From assembly GCA_028826165.1 (NCBI GenBank), contig JAPDFW010000025.1, forward strand, positions 1 through 64,000: 64,000 nt of DNA. The letters run 5' to 3'. Positions 11,634 through 25,977 of the stretch are shown piece by piece. Numbering within the stretch: the stretch's first letter is position 1; the number at the start of each line of letters is the position of its first letter. The notes below the pieces were generated by a model, which saw nothing but the letters and a program-made list of their open reading frames with translations, was not told the origin of the DNA and ran no database searches. A program made the translations under genes and the position numbers. The DNA is from Anaeramoeba ignava BMAN (Eukaryota > Protista > Anaeramoebae).

Positions 11634-13406
11634 TTAATTTTGATTATTAAATTTTTTAATTAATAAATCAAATAAATTTGGATTTGTTTGATTTAATTGA
11701 AAATAATCAATTCCTGTTTTAATTTCATCAATGATTTCTTGTGTAATTTCAATTTCTTCTTTAATTTGATTTGAATAAATCCAATATTCAAATATTTGAA
11801 ATGATTTATTATTTAATTCACTATAATCTGTAACTTTATTAGAAGTATCATTTATTACAGATAAAAACATTCCTCGATATAATTCACTTCTCATTATTAA
11901 TATTAATTTAGGAAATTTATATTGTTTTTCTTTTCTTTCAATAATAAAATCTTTTTTATTTTCATTTTCATTTAAATAAATTCTTTTCATTGTTTCTTCA
12001 ATTTTTTCATTTGAATTTATAATTTCTTTAATTTCAGAATATAATTTTGGATTTATTTTAGAATTGTTTGAATAAATCATTTCAAATATTTGATTTGATT
12101 CTTTAATTGATTTTTTTGAAATAATTTCTTGAAGTTTTTCAATTTCATTTTCATCTTTTAATCTATATTTCAATATTAATTTATGAGCTTCAATTATTTC
12201 TCCATTTTTGGTTTTAAATGAAATATTACAAAATTCTTTTCTTTTAAATAATTTTATCAAATCTTCTTCAAGATTAGAAAAAGAAAAAGGAGAATAATAA
12301 AGAAAAGATTTTGAACTACCACAAGAAAGATGATAATTGGAAATATTTTCATTAAATCTTAATTTAGGAAGTTCAATTTGAATTGGAATTGATTGATATT
12401 TTGTATCTCCAGTTCCTAATTCACCTAAATTATTTAAACCAAATCCGATCAATTTCCCTTTGGAAGTTAAAATCAAAGTATGAAGATCTCCACAAGAGAT
12501 ATCAAGAATATTATCACCATTTTCAAATAAAGATGATTTGATTTCAGTAAATTCATAAGTTTCTTGATATTTGCCAAGTCCATTATATATCCAACTTCCA
12601 CATGAATAAAGTTTTCTTTTTGGATTTTCATTTTGATCTTCATCTTCAATCAACATTATTGAATGAAATTCTCCACATTGAATATCAATTATTTTACCTT
12701 TTGGAATATTTTGGATTTTGGTTAATTTTTGGATTTTTGTTTCTTCTTTTCTTGATTCTCCTAATCCAAGTTGGCCAGAATAATTATTTCCGCATCCAAA
12801 TAATTCTTGGTTTGAATTCAAAAGAAAAACATGATGTGAAGTATTTCCTGAAAATATTTTAGAAACATTTTTCATCATTAAAATTGGTTTTTCTGTTTCT
12901 TTAAATGTTTTATAATCAAAACCAAGTTGACCACTATCATTTGAACCAATTCCATAAGCATTTTGATTTGAAGTTAATAAGTAAATTGAATTGTGTCCAG
13001 AACCAATATCTTGAATTATTCTATCATTTGTATCTTCAATTAATGATGAAATATTGATAAATTTATTTGGATTTTCTGGATTAATATCAATTCCTTTGGC
13101 AAATACATTTCCTTCTATTGTTAAAATAGCTTCATTTCGAATACCAACAGTTACTTTTTGAATATTTTCTTCAATTTGGATTTTTGAAGGATTTTCATTT
13201 GAATCTCTTTGATATTCTATTGCTTTTCCATTTTTAAAAAGGAAAATTGTTGAAAAATAACTTGTTGAAATTTGTTTAATTTGTTTTTCATTTTCATTTT
13301 CATTTTCATTTTCAAATTTAAATTGAATTGGTTTTTTTATCATTTCTGGTTCATTTTTGAAAAGAATTGGATAACCATTTTGACCAAAAAATAAACAATC
13401 ATTCAT
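11634..13406 (-). CDS. RCC1-repeat + BTB protein
   Basis: Close paralogue of 1206-3014 (GSNDSGQLG, GNNYSGQLGLG, SCGDLHTLIL; same BTB motifs). Confidence 0.9.
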   Translation of the reverse strand: MNDCLFFGQNGYPILFKNEPEMIKKPIQFKFENENENENEKQIKQISTSYFSTIFLFKNGKAIEYQRDSNENPSKIQIEENIQKVTVGIRNEAILTIEGNVFAKGIDINPENPNKFINISSLIEDTNDRIIQDIGSGHNSIYLLTSNQNAYGIGSNDSGQLGFDYKTFKETEKPILMMKNVSKIFSGNTSHHVFLLNSNQELFGCGNNYSGQLGLGESRKEETKIQKLTKIQNIPKGKIIDIQCGEFHSIMLIEDEDQNENPKRKLYSCGSWIYNGLGKYQETYEFTEIKSSLFENGDNILDISCGDLHTLILTSKGKLIGFGLNNLGELGTGDTKYQSIPIQIELPKLRFNENISNYHLSCGSSKSFLYYSPFSFSNLEEDLIKLFKRKEFCNISFKTKNGEIIEAHKLILKYRLKDENEIEKLQEIISKKSIKESNQIFEMIYSNNSKINPKLYSEIKEIINSNEKIEETMKRIYLNENENKKDFIIERKEKQYKFPKLILIMRSELYRGMFLSVINDTSNKVTDYSELNNKSFQIFEYWIYSNQIKEEIEITQEIIDEIKTGIDYFQLNQTNPNLFDLLIKKFNNQN

Positions 13407-14283
13407 TTTTTAAAAAGAAGAAAATGAAAAAATGAAAAATGAGTAATTTTGATTTGAAATTATTTTTTTCCTTTTATTTAAAAAATTTTTTTTTTCTTTT
13501 TTCATTTTTTTTCATTTTTCTCTTTTAACAAAAGTAAGTAAAAATAATTGATAATTTGAATAAAAATTATAAACAAAAAAAAACATTTAAAAAAATTTTT
13601 TTTTCAATTTTTAATTTATTATTTAAATTTATTATTGTTAATGTGATTGTTTTTTTTCCACATTAAACTTTTTAAGGCAAATTTTTTTTTTTTGCCTTTT
13701 TTTTATTAAAATTAATTTAACAATTAAAATTCATTTATAAATTAAATTCAAATTAAAATTAAAATTAAAATTTAAATTGAAAATTGAAAATTAAAATTAA
13801 AATTAAAATTAAAATCAAAAATAAATTCAAAATCAAAATTAAAATTAAAATCAAAAATAAAATTAAAATTAAAATTAAAATTAAAATCAAAATTAAATTA
13901 AAATTAAAATTAAAATTAAAATTAAAATTAAAATTAAAATTAAAATTAAAATTAAAATTAAAATTCATTTAACAATTAAAATTAAAATTAAAATTCATTT
14001 AACAATTAAAATTATAATTAAAATTAAAATTAAAATTCATTTAAAATTTAAAATTAAAATTAAAATTAAAATCAAAAATAAATTCAAAATTAAAATTAAA
14101 ATTAAAATTAAAATTAAAATTAAAATTAAAATTCATTTATAAATTAACAATCAAAATCAAAATTAAAATTAAAATCAAAATTAAATCAAAATCAAAATTA
14201 AAATTAAAATTAAAATTAAAATTAAAATTAAAATTCATTTATAAATTTAAATTGAAAATTCATTTATAAAATTAAAAATGTAG

Positions 14284-15111
14284 ATGTCAAAAAACATTGA
14301 ACAACTCGAACAAGAAGAAGCAGTTTTAAAGAAAAAACTTATTCAAATCAAACGAAGATGTTCCAAAGCAGAAGGCTTACTTCCCAAAGTCCAAGAAATC
14401 AACGATCAATTTGCGAAACTTGGAGAAGAAAACGCCAAACTTAAACAGAAATTCCGTGTCACTGTCAATGACATTAAGACAGCAAGAAACATTTCCAAAA
14501 ACATTCAAAGTCAGATCGACTCATTTAAAGTGCAAATGGCACATTCAGAAAAATTACAGAAAGACGTTGAAAGCAAAAAACAAGAACTTGAAAAAATGGA
14601 CGAGAATCTTGAAGACAAATCAGAAAAATTACAAGAACTTGAAGCTGAAGTTCATAAAAAAGAAACACTTGTTTCTACTTTGGAAAGAAAATTGCAACTT
14701 GCTCAATCACAAAAAGGACAAGCTGATAAAAGAACAAAACAAAAAGACGGTCAATTATCAGATCTTGTCAAGCGAATTCAATCTGCTGATAAATCTATTC
14801 AAACCCTCACTGAGTCGTTAAAAACCGAAAGTGAAAATTATGATGATAATATCCAAAAATCACGTGATTTAAATGAAAATTTTCAATCCAAAAAACGAAA
14901 AGTTGAGGATATTCAAAGACTTATTCTTTCAGAAAGAGACGCCCTTCAAAAAGAAAAGAAACAACAAAAAGCTTCGAAAGATAAACTTTCCGACTTGGAA
15001 ATTAAACTTGCTAAAGCTAAGGCTAGAATCTCCATTTTGGAAATTGCTGATGATTTAGGTGATGATTTGGGTGATGATGGTTCTGATGATAATGCTGATC
15101 TTGATTTGTAG
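14284..15111 (+). CDS. Coiled-coil protein (275 aa) with acidic tail
   Basis: Continuous K/E/Q/L heptad-rich ORF with coding-like GC; no recognisable family motif. Confidence 0.8.
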   Translation: MSKNIEQLEQEEAVLKKKLIQIKRRCSKAEGLLPKVQEINDQFAKLGEENAKLKQKFRVTVNDIKTARNISKNIQSQIDSFKVQMAHSEKLQKDVESKKQELEKMDENLEDKSEKLQELEAEVHKKETLVSTLERKLQLAQSQKGQADKRTKQKDGQLSDLVKRIQSADKSIQTLTESLKTESENYDDNIQKSRDLNENFQSKKRKVEDIQRLILSERDALQKEKKQQKASKDKLSDLEIKLAKAKARISILEIADDLGDDLGDDGSDDNADLDL

Positions 15112-15379
15112 ATCCGCTTTTTTTTCTCCACTTTTTTTCTTTCATTTTCTTCTTTTTTTTTTCTTCTTCATTCTTCTTCATCCATTTTAATTTCAATTTC
15201 CATTTTCATTTTCATTTCCTTTTTCATTTCCTTTTTCATTTCCTTTTTTTCATTTTTGTTTCGTTTTTTGGAACGAATTAACTAAGAAAATTTCTCAACT
15301 AAACTTTTTAACTTTTTCATTTTCCATTTTAAATCAAATTTCAATCAAAAAACAAATCAAAAAAACAAATCAAAATTAA

Positions 15380-18300
15380 ATCAAAAAAAAGTGGAATAAA
15401 AATATTTTAATTTAAATTTAAATAAAAAATTGAATATAAATATTAATTATTAATTATAGATATTTATTTATATTAATTATTTAAATATTATTTAAATTTA
15501 ATTATAAATATTTCTAATTAAATTTCATTTTAAAAATTAAATCAAAAAAAAAGTGGAATAAAAATATTTTAATTTAAATTTAAATAAAAAATTAAATATA
15601 AATATTAATTATTAATTATAGATATTTATTTATATTTATTATTTAAATATTATTTAAATTTAATTATAAATATTTCTAAATAAATTTCATTTTAAAAATT
15701 AAATCAAAAAAAAAGTGGAATAAAAATATTTTAATTTAAAATTAAATAAAAAATTAAATATAAATATTAATTATTAATTATAAATATTTATTTATATTAA
15801 TTATTTAAATATAATTATAAATATTTCTAAATAAATTTCATTTTAAAAATTAAATCAAAAAAAAGTGGAATAAAAATATTTTAATTTAAATTTAAATAAA
15901 AATTAAATATAAATATTAAATATTTCTTATAAATATTTATTTATATTAATTATTTAAATATTATTTAAATTTAATTATAAATATTTCTAAATAAATTTCA
16001 TTTTAAAAATTAAATCAAAAAGTGGAATAAAAATATTTTAATTTAAAATTAAATAAAAATTAAATATAAATATTAATTATTAATTATAAATATTTATTTA
16101 TATTAATTATTTAAATATTATTTAAATTTAATTATAAATATTTTTAAATAAATTTCATTTTAAAAATTAAATCAAAAAGTGGAATAAAAATATTTTAATT
16201 TAAATTTAAATAAAAATTGAATATAAATATTAAATATTAATTAGAGATATTTATTTATATTTATTATTTAAATATTATTTAAATTTAATTATAAATATTT
16301 CTAATTAAATTTCATTTTAAAAATTAAATCAAAAAAAAGTGGAATAAAAATATTTTAATTTAAATTTAAATTTAAATAAAAAAATTAAATATAAATATTA
16401 ATTATTAATTATAGATATTTATTTATATTAATTATTTAAATATTATTTATATTTAATTATAAATATTTCTAATTAAATTTCATTTTAAAAATTAAATCAA
16501 AAAAAAAAGTGGAATAAAAATATTTTAATTTAAATTTAAATAAAAATTAAATATAAATATTAATTATTAATTATAGATATTTATTTATATTTATTATTTA
16601 AATATAATTATAAATATTTCTAAATAAATTTCATTTTAAAAATTAAATCAAAAAGTGGAATAAAAATATTTTAATTTAAATTTAAATAAAAATTAAATAT
16701 AAATATTAAATATTTCTTATAAATATTTATTTATATTTATTATTTAAATATTATTTAAATTTAATTATAAATATTTCTAAATAAATTTCATTTTAAAAAT
16801 TAAATCAAAAAAAAAAGTGGAATAAAAATATTTTAATTTAAATTTAAATAAAAATTAAATATAAATATTAATTATTAATTATAAATATTTTTATTTATAT
16901 TAATTATTTAAATATAATTATAAATATTTCTAAATAAATTTCATTTTAAAAATTAAATCAAAAAAAAGTGGAATAAAAATATTTTTAATTTAAATTTTTA
17001 AATAAAAATTAAATATAAATATTAAATATTTCTTATAAATATTTATTTATATTTATTATTTAAATATTATTTAAATTTAATTATAAATATTTTCTAAATA
17101 AATTTCATTTTAAAAATTAAATCAAAAAAAAGTGGAATAAAAATATTTTAATTTAAATTTAAATAAAAATTAAATATAAATATTAAATATTTCTTATAAA
17201 TATTTATTTATATTTATTATTTAAATATTATTTTAAATTTAATTATAAATATTTCTAAATAAATTTCATTTTAAAAATTAAATCAAAAAAAAAGTGGAAT
17301 AAAAATATTTTAATTTAAATTTAAATAAAAATTAAATATAAATATTAATTATTAATTATAAATATTTATTTATACTAATTATTTAAATATTATTTATATT
17401 TAATTATAAATATTTTAAATAAATTTCATTTTAAAAATTAAATCAAAAAAAAGTGGAATAAAAATATTTTAATTTAAATTTAAATAAAAATTGAATATAA
17501 ATATTAAATATTAATTAGAGATATTTATTTATATTTATTATTTAAATATTATTTAAATTTAATTATAAATATTTCTAAATAAATTTCATTTTAAAAATTA
17601 AATCAAAAAGTGGAATAAAAAATATTTTAATTTAAATTTAAATAAAAATTAAATATAAATATTAATTATTAATTATAGATATTTATTTATATTAATTATT
17701 TAAATATTATTTATATTTAATTATAAATATTTCTAAATAAATTTAATTATAGAAATTAAATCAAAAAGTGGAATAAAAATATTTTTAATTTAAATTTAAA
17801 TAAAAATTAAATATAAATATTAATTATTAATTATAAATATTTATTTATATTAATTATTTAAATATTATTTAAATTTAATTATAAATATTTCTAAATAAAT
17901 TTCATTTTAAAAATTAAATCAAAAAGTGGAATAAAAATATTTTAATTTAAAATTAAATAAAAATTAAATATAAATATTAAATATTACTTATAGATATTTA
18001 TTTATATTAATTATTTAAATATTATTTATATTTAATTATAAATATTTCTAATTAAATTTCATTTTTAAAAATTAAATCAAAAAGTGGAATAAAAATATTT
18101 TAATTTAAAATTTAAATAAAAATTAAATATAAATATTAAATATTTCTTATAAATATTTATTTATATTAATTATTTAAATATTATTTAAATTTAATTATAA
18201 ATATTTCTAAATAAATTTCATTTTAAAAATTAAATCAAAAAGTGGAATAAAAATATTTTAATTTAAATTTAAATAAAAAATTAAATATAAATATTAATTA

Positions 18301-18790
18301 TTAATTATAGATATTTATTTATATTTATTATTTAAATATTATTTAAATTTAATTATAAATATTTCTAATTAAATTTCATTTTAAAAATTAAATCAAAAAG
18401 TGGAATAAAAATATTTTAATTTAAATTTAAATAAAAATTAAATATAAATATTAATTATTAATTATAAATATTTATTTATATTTATTATTTAAATATTACT
18501 TATATTTAATTATAAATATTTCTAATTAAATTTCATTTTAAAAATTAAATCAAAAAAAAGTGGAATAAAAATATTTTAATTTAAATTTAAATAAAAAATT
18601 GAATATAAATATTAAATATTACTTATAGATATTTATTTATATTAATTATTTAAATATTATTTATATTTAATTATAAATATTTCTAATTAAATTTCATTTT
18701 AAAAATTAAATCAAAAAAAAGTGGAATAAAAATATTTTAATTTAAATTTAAATAAAAAATTAAATATAAATATTAAATATTTCTTATTTA
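15380..18790. repeat. AT-rich satellite, ~155-160 bp unit, ~22 copies, core aatcaaaaa(a)nGTGGAATAAAA
   Basis: gtggaataaaaatattttaatttaaa recurs about every 157 bp from ~15390 to ~18721. Confidence 0.95.
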
Positions 18791-18875
18791 AATAAATTAA
18801 AAAAAGTTGATTGAAATTTATTTCTTTTATTTCTTTTAAAAAAAATTTTTTTAGAAAATCAAAGAGAAAAAAAAT

Positions 18876-20659
18876 TTAATTTATTTGCCTTCTCTGCATA
18901 TCAATTATATTAATAAGTTTTCTTAAAGAACGGCAAATCAAATCATAAACTTTCCTCAATATCAAAGGAGCAAACCTTGAATTTAAAAAGGAATTTATCT
19001 TGATATTCATTGAATTAACAAACATTCTTGAATGAGTTGAAGTATAATATCTTAAAGCCAAAAAATAAAGATAAAAAAAGGTAATCAAAATATGATTCAA
19101 ATTCAAACTAAAAACACCTCGAAATAAATAGAAAAATATTGTGATTTCATTTGCTGCTAACATTATGCTTATTTGAGGATATTTTGATGAAATCCATGTG
19201 AAAATTCGTTCCACTTTTTGATAAATTGTTGGAACTAAAAGATTAAGATAATATTGTAAAGCTTTTGTAATAGAAATGAATGATATTAAAAATAATGATA
19301 TCACAAATGGAAGTATTTGCGTTTTATAAAGCATTACAACCACTAATAAATATTGCATATCCACATTATACATCATTTTTGTAAATTGTTCCCCTGATTT
19401 TGGGATCTATTTCAATTATTTTATTTCAATTATTTTATTTCAATTATTTTATTTCAATTATTTCAATTTAAATATTATATTTTAATTATTTCAATTATTT
19501 TAATTATTTTATTTATTTTTATTTAAATATTTTAATTTAAATATTTTAATTATTTTAATTATTTATTCTTCTTGGAACATACTCCAAAACTCCAATATAA
19601 TGAGATTCCAAAATTTAATATTGATCCTATATATATTCTTTTAAAATTGGGATGGAAAATTGAGGTTATAGCTAATATAATCACAGTGATATTTGATAGT
19701 AACCATAAAGGATATAAAGAGAAGAGTAAATTTTTAATAATTGTTTTCCTGTCTTGAAATTGATTTTGGTTTTGATTTTGGTTTTGATTTTGGTTTTGGT
19801 TTTCATTATTTTGATTTTGATTTTGATTTTGATTTTGATTTTGATTTTGATTTTGATTTTGATTTTGGTTTTGGTTTTGATTTTGGTTTTGGTTTTGATT
19901 TTGGTTTTGATTTTTTGGTTCTTCAATTTTATGTTTTGGATCCTATTAAATTTGAATTAAATTTATTTGAATTAAATTTATTTGAATTAAATTTATTTAG
20001 ATTAAAATTATTTGAATTAAATTTATTTGAATTAAATTTATTTGAATTAGGTTTATTTAGATTAAATTTATTTGGATTAAATTTATTTAAATTAAAATTA
20101 TTTGAATTAAATTTATTTGAATTAAATTTATTTAGATTAAATTTATTTGGATTAAATTTATTTGGATTAAATTTATTTGAATTAAAATTATTTGGATTAA
20201 TTTTATTTGGATTAAATTTATTTGAATTAAATTTATTTGGATTAAATTTATTTAAATTAAATTTATTGAATTAAATTTATTTGAATTAAAATTATTTGAA
20301 TTAAATTTATTTGGATTAAATTTATTTGAATTAAAAATTATTTGAATTAAATTTATTTGAATTAAAAATTATTTGAATTAAATTTATTTGAATTAAAATT
20401 TATTTGAATTAAATTTATTTGGATTAAAATTATTTGAATTAAATTTATTTGAATTAATTTTATTTGAATTAAAATTATTTGAATTAAATTTATTTGAATT
20501 GAATTAAAATAATTTTTTTACAACATGAGTTTGATAGTAAATATGCTTTTTCTTTTCAATAACTTTTTCTTTATCTATTCCATCAGGAATATATAAATTT
20601 AATTCAATTAATTTCCATTTTTCATCTTCATCAAAATTATAAGTATTAAACTTATCCAT
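18876..20659 (-). CDS. TMEM33/Pom33-like membrane protein, 3 exons
   Basis: ATG at 20659 (MDKFNTYNFDEDEKWK...KKKHIYYQTHV), NQ linker, TM helices, then QYL, AANEI and FFYLYFLALRYYTS.HSR motifs typical of TMEM33. Repeat-filled introns ~19943-20519 and ~19409-19560. Confidence 0.7.
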
Positions 20660-21273
20660 TTTATTATTATTTCTTTAAAAAGAAAGGAAAAAAATGAATT
20701 TGAAAAAAATGAAAAAAAAAATTTAATTTCTTTTTAATTTTTTTTTTAATTTCAAAACATTCAAAAAAAAAGAAAAAAATAAGACAATCCAAAAAAAAAA
20801 TTTTTTTCCGTTTTTTCCAATTCAAATTCCAATTCAAATTGAGTTTAATTTTGATTTTGATTTTGATTTTGATTTTAATTTTAATTTTGATTTTAATTTT
20901 AATTTTAATTTTAATTTTGATTTTGATTTTAATTTTGATTTTGATTTTGATTTTGATTTTGATTTTGATTTTGATTTTTTAATTTTCATTCTTAATTGAT
21001 TTGGTTTTCATTTGGAATTTCATTAATATTTTGGTTTTCATTTGGAATTTCATTAATATTTTGGTTTTCATTTTGATTTTGATTTTGATTTTGATTTTGA
21101 TTTTAATTTTAATTTTAAATTTGATTTTAAATTTGATTTTAAATTTGATTTTTATTTTGATTTTAATTTTAATTTTGATTTTAATTTTAAATTTGATTTT
21201 GATTTTGATTTTAATTTTAATTTTGATTTTAATTTTGATTTTGATTTTGATTTTGATTTTTTAATTTTCATTC

Positions 21274-23544
21274 TTAATTGATTTGGTTTTCATTTGGAAT
21301 TTCATTAATATTTTGATTTTGATTTTCGTTTTGAGTTTGATTTTGAATTTGAATTTGATTATCTTTTTCTTTTTCATGTTTATCCTTATCCTTATCTTCA
21401 TCATCATCATCATTTTCTGGATCTGAATCTGTTTTTTCATCTTTTTTGATTAAAGGTTCAGGGAAAAAATCATCACTTAAACTTGTTGAGAAATAATTTG
21501 GAGTTAATTTTTCCTTTAAACCATTTCCAAAATTCAACATTCCAATCAAAGAAATAACTAGTAATAAAGTTCTAACAAATAAAGAAATTGCAATCATAAC
21601 TTCTATTGTAATTATTGGTTTTTCTTTGTATTTTTTTCTTTCATCAGTATTAAAGAGAATTAGTTTTGCAATTAAATAAATTGGTTCAAGCAGTCCAAGA
21701 AAGAAGAATACTAAAATTAATTTTTTAACCTCTTTTTTATACTAATTTTTTTTCCGATTTGATTTCAATTATAATTTTTATTTTGATTTTAATTTTAATT
21801 TTAATTTTAATTTTAATTTTAATTTTAATTTTAATTTTGATTTCAATTATGATTTTGATTTTAATTTTAATATTGATTATAATTTTAATTTTGATTTTAA
21901 TTTTAATTTTGATTTTAATTTTAATTTTAATTTTGATTTTGATTTTGATTTTGATTTTAATTTCAATTTTAATTTTAATTTTAATTTTGATTTTAATTTT
22001 AATTTTGATTTTAATTTTAATTTTGATTATAATTTTAATTTTAATTTTAATTTTAATTTTAATTTTAATTTTAATTTTAATTTTAATTTTAATTTTAATT
22101 TTAATTTTAATTTTAATTTTAATTTTAATTTTAATTTTGATTTCAATTAAAGTATTTACAGCATGAAATCCTAAAAAAAACCAAAAAATTGTTATAATTA
22201 ATCCAACAATATCAAGATATCTTTCATAATCTGCTTCTCCAAATAAAAAATAAAGTGCGCCTATTAAAAGAGTGATATTAACAAGTAAATCTACTCCAAT
22301 CAAATTCAGGAAAAGATTCCAATATTTATACAACCCTTTTTTATTCAAATTCAAATTTTAAATCAAATTTTATATTTAATATTATATTTAATATTATATT
22401 TAATATTATATTTAATTTTATATTTAATATTATATTTAATATTATATTTAATATTATATTTAATATTATATTTAATATTATATTCAAATTTTATATTTAA
22501 TATTATATTCAAATTTTATATTTAATATTATATTTAATTTAAATTCAAATTTTATATTTAATTTTATATTCAAATTTTATATTTAATATTATATTTAATT
22601 TTAAATTCAAATTTTATATTTAATTTTTAAATTCAAATTTTATATTTAATATTATATTCAAATTTTATATTTAATATTATATCAAATTTTATATTTAATA
22701 TTATATCAAATTTTATATTTAATATTATATTTAATTTTTATATCAAATTTTATATTTAATATTATATTTAATTTTAACTCAAATTTTTATATTTAATTTT
22801 TATATTTAATTTTTATATTTAATTTTAATTCAAATTTTATATTCAAATATTATATTTAATATTATATTTAATTTTATATCAAATTTTATATTTAATTTTA
22901 TATTTAATTTTATATTTAATTTTATATTTAATATTATATTTAATATTATTTTTAATATTATATTTAATATTATATTTATTTTTATATTTAATTTTATATT
23001 TAATTTTAATTCAAATTTTATATTTAATATTATATTAAATTTTATATTTAATTTTATATTTATTTTAAATTCTAATTTTATATCAAATTTTATATTAAAT
23101 CCAATTACTTTGTATTGAAATAGAAGCACCAGCTTTATTCCAAAAATTCCATTGAAAATTATGATAAAGAATTTTCAAAATAAAAAAATAATAAATAAAA
23201 TAAGCACAATTAACAATTAAAAGAACATATAAACGAGCATTTTTTTCTCCAGTTGCAAATTCATAAATTGAATAAAAAACAAGCAAACAAATTGCAATTT
23301 GAAAAGAAAATAACTGGAAAATATTTTCTTGATAAATTATAATAAAAGCAAAAATTGCTCCAAAAAAAACAGATAAAAAAAATAGTATCGAATAAAATTT
23401 TATATAATTTGAATCAATTTCATCTTTATTTGAATATTCAACAATCCCAAATATTTCAATTGCTATAAGAAATAACCCATGAAACAATGTTGTAAATATA
23501 AACAATTTCGAAGATGGATTTAATTTGCGAAACCAAGAAACCAT
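21274..23544 (-). CDS. Multipass membrane protein (resembles UPF0658-type proteins), 3 exons
   Basis: Exons ~23108-23544, ~22157-22336 and 21274-~21735 encode several TM helices (ENIFQL, FQWNFWNKAGAS, LYKYWNLFLNLIGVDLL). Family call is from memory and tentative. Confidence 0.6.
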
Positions 23545-23647
23545 TTTTTTAAATAAGATTAAAGAAAAAAAAATGAATTCTTAAATTTTTGAAAAATTTT
23601 TTTCTTTTTATTTTTAATTTTTTTTTTTTCATTTTTTTATTTACAAA

Positions 23648-25910
23648 ATGGATTCTTTTCGTCACAAAAAAAGATCAAAAAACCAAAATAAACAAGAAAT
23701 AACGAATGAAACTGATTTAACGAAAACTAACCAAAAAAAATACAATCAAGATTTTTTATATTCAAATGAAATTTCAAATGAAATTTCAAAAGAAAATTTA
23801 AGTTATGATACAATTGATTTTTACTCAAAAGATTTGAAGAAAACTCCAGGACAATTTGCACGTTCGAGACAGCCATCGAAAAAGACAACACAAACAAACA
23901 AAACTTTCCAATCTCAATATTTATCAAAACAGGATCCAAAAAACATCCAATCAAGCCAACGCACTTTGTCACCACAAAACCAATTTCAAGATCAAGAATT
24001 CAACAAAATTCAACAGGAATATTCACCGCAAATCAATTCCCCCAAAACATCATTGGATGACCATCAATCAATTCAGGATCCGTTTCCGAAATTTTTGGAT
24101 CTTTTAAATAATTTCCAGAATCTCATCCAAAATCAAAATTTTTTGGATCAAATAAATATTTTATATCAACAAGTAATTGACACAAAAACCCAACCAAACT
24201 CAAAACAGAATCTTGTTTGCACGCAAATCCAACAAACATATGAACTAATTCAAATGCTCATTTCAGAAAAAATGCTTCAAATTGATGAGAAAAAAGAAAT
24301 ACAGTCTTTAAATAATACTGTCAAAATTTTAGTTGAAAAATATCAATCAGAAAAACAGAATATTTCCAAGAATTTTACTACAAGAAGAAATTATTGCGCA
24401 AATTATGCAAAAAAGTCTTTTATTGAAGAGAATCACTTTAATAATTGAATGGGTTGAAAAATTACCAAAAGAAAAAACTTTTTTAAATGAAAAGAAATTC
24501 CCTCAACTTGATCTAATTTTCATGGGATTGCGATCTCAATCAAATGCTGATCCAGATCAAGAAAAGCAGCTTTTTGAGTTTTACAAATTGATATGGAATT
24601 TATTAAGAAATGGAAAATTAGAAGAAGCAAATGAATTATGTGAAAATAACGGTTTATTTATATTTCAAGCAAGTTTCCTTAAAAAATACAATGAATTTCG
24701 ATCATTTAAAAATCAAAATCAAAATCAAAAAAATCAAAAAAATCAAAAAAATTCTCTTCTTGATTTAACCCGCAAATTATGGCTTAAATCATGCTATTAT
24801 TATTCAAGATTCCCCCAAAATAAATACCAAAGCGCTCTTTATTCTTTATTCACTCAAAATTTTCAATCAGCTTTCCAAGTTTGTAATGATTGGCAAGATT
24901 GCATTTGGGTTCATTTTGTCACCAAATTATTTTCCATTATAAATCAACAACTAAATCATTTTTTTGAATTGATTCAGAAAAACAAGAAAGAAAATCATCA
25001 AGAATCTCTATTTGAAAGATTTGAAATTTCGGGATTAAAAATATTGGACTCAAAGTTAAATCAAAAACAAGAACAAATTTTTTCAGCAAAATTCCAAAAT
25101 TTCGAACCAAAAAACACATACCAGAAAATTCAACATATGATTATAAAGGGAGATCTTGATCAATTATATCATAAAATATCAAAATGGATCGCAGATCCAG
25201 ATTATTATTTTGAACCCAATTTTTGGTTTTCAATCCCAAAAGAAATTGAGGATCAAAATCTTATTCCTTTTCAACAAAGAAAACCTGAATATCAACCGCT
25301 TTTCAGAATATCAGGCTTCCAAAAATCAGCTCATCAATACGAAGATTTTCTAATAACTTGTTTCGATCCAAAAAACAAATTACAAAAAGAAAAAATTCCC
25401 TTTTTTGAAAAACCTTTTGAAGAATTGAAAATTGCAATTTTACAAAATAATTTCCAAAAAGCATATCAAATTTATCATTTCATGCAACAAAATAAACAAC
25501 ATTTAAATGATTCAAATGAAGAAATTGGAATCTGGCAAATGCTTATTGAAGCTATGCTTGAATTTGGCCAATTAGTTTCTTTTTTACAAGAAATCATTAA
25601 AAAAGATCCAAATCAAAAAGAAATGGAAAAATTAGAAGAAAAATCAAATTATACTTTGAGCTTTTTTTACAAGATATTCCAATTTGAGGATTTTTGGATT
25701 TCTCCAGAAATGAATGAAGAAAGATTTGATTTAAAACAGAAAATATTTCCTTTATCAATTATTTTGATTCAAATTCTGTATTTATTTTTGAATAAATCAG
25801 AAGATTCATTCCAACTTGTCAATTTAGTTTGTGATGAAAAATACGAATTATATGTTTATTTTGATTCGATATCATTAGATTATTTTTTAAAGAACTTAGC
25901 TGAATTTTAG
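23648..25910 (+). CDS. NUP107: Nucleoporin Nup107/Nup84-like; two overlapping ORFs
   Basis: IWNLLRNGKLEEANELC, RKLWLKSC and YQSALYSLFTQNFQSAFQVCNDWQDCIWVHF match conserved Nup107 blocks. The frame change is explained by a possible phase-0 intron 24173-24332 or by an indel. Confidence 0.7.
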
Positions 25911-25977
25911 AAAGAATTTTTATTATTTTTATTATTTTTTTCTTCATCAAAAAAAAAAACAAAATTTTTCAATAAAT

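Noticed and set aside
24333-24448. Programmed frameshift in Nup107-like gene
   Set aside because: An intron (24173-24332) or a homopolymer indel explains the overlap more simply, and no clear recoding signal was seen.
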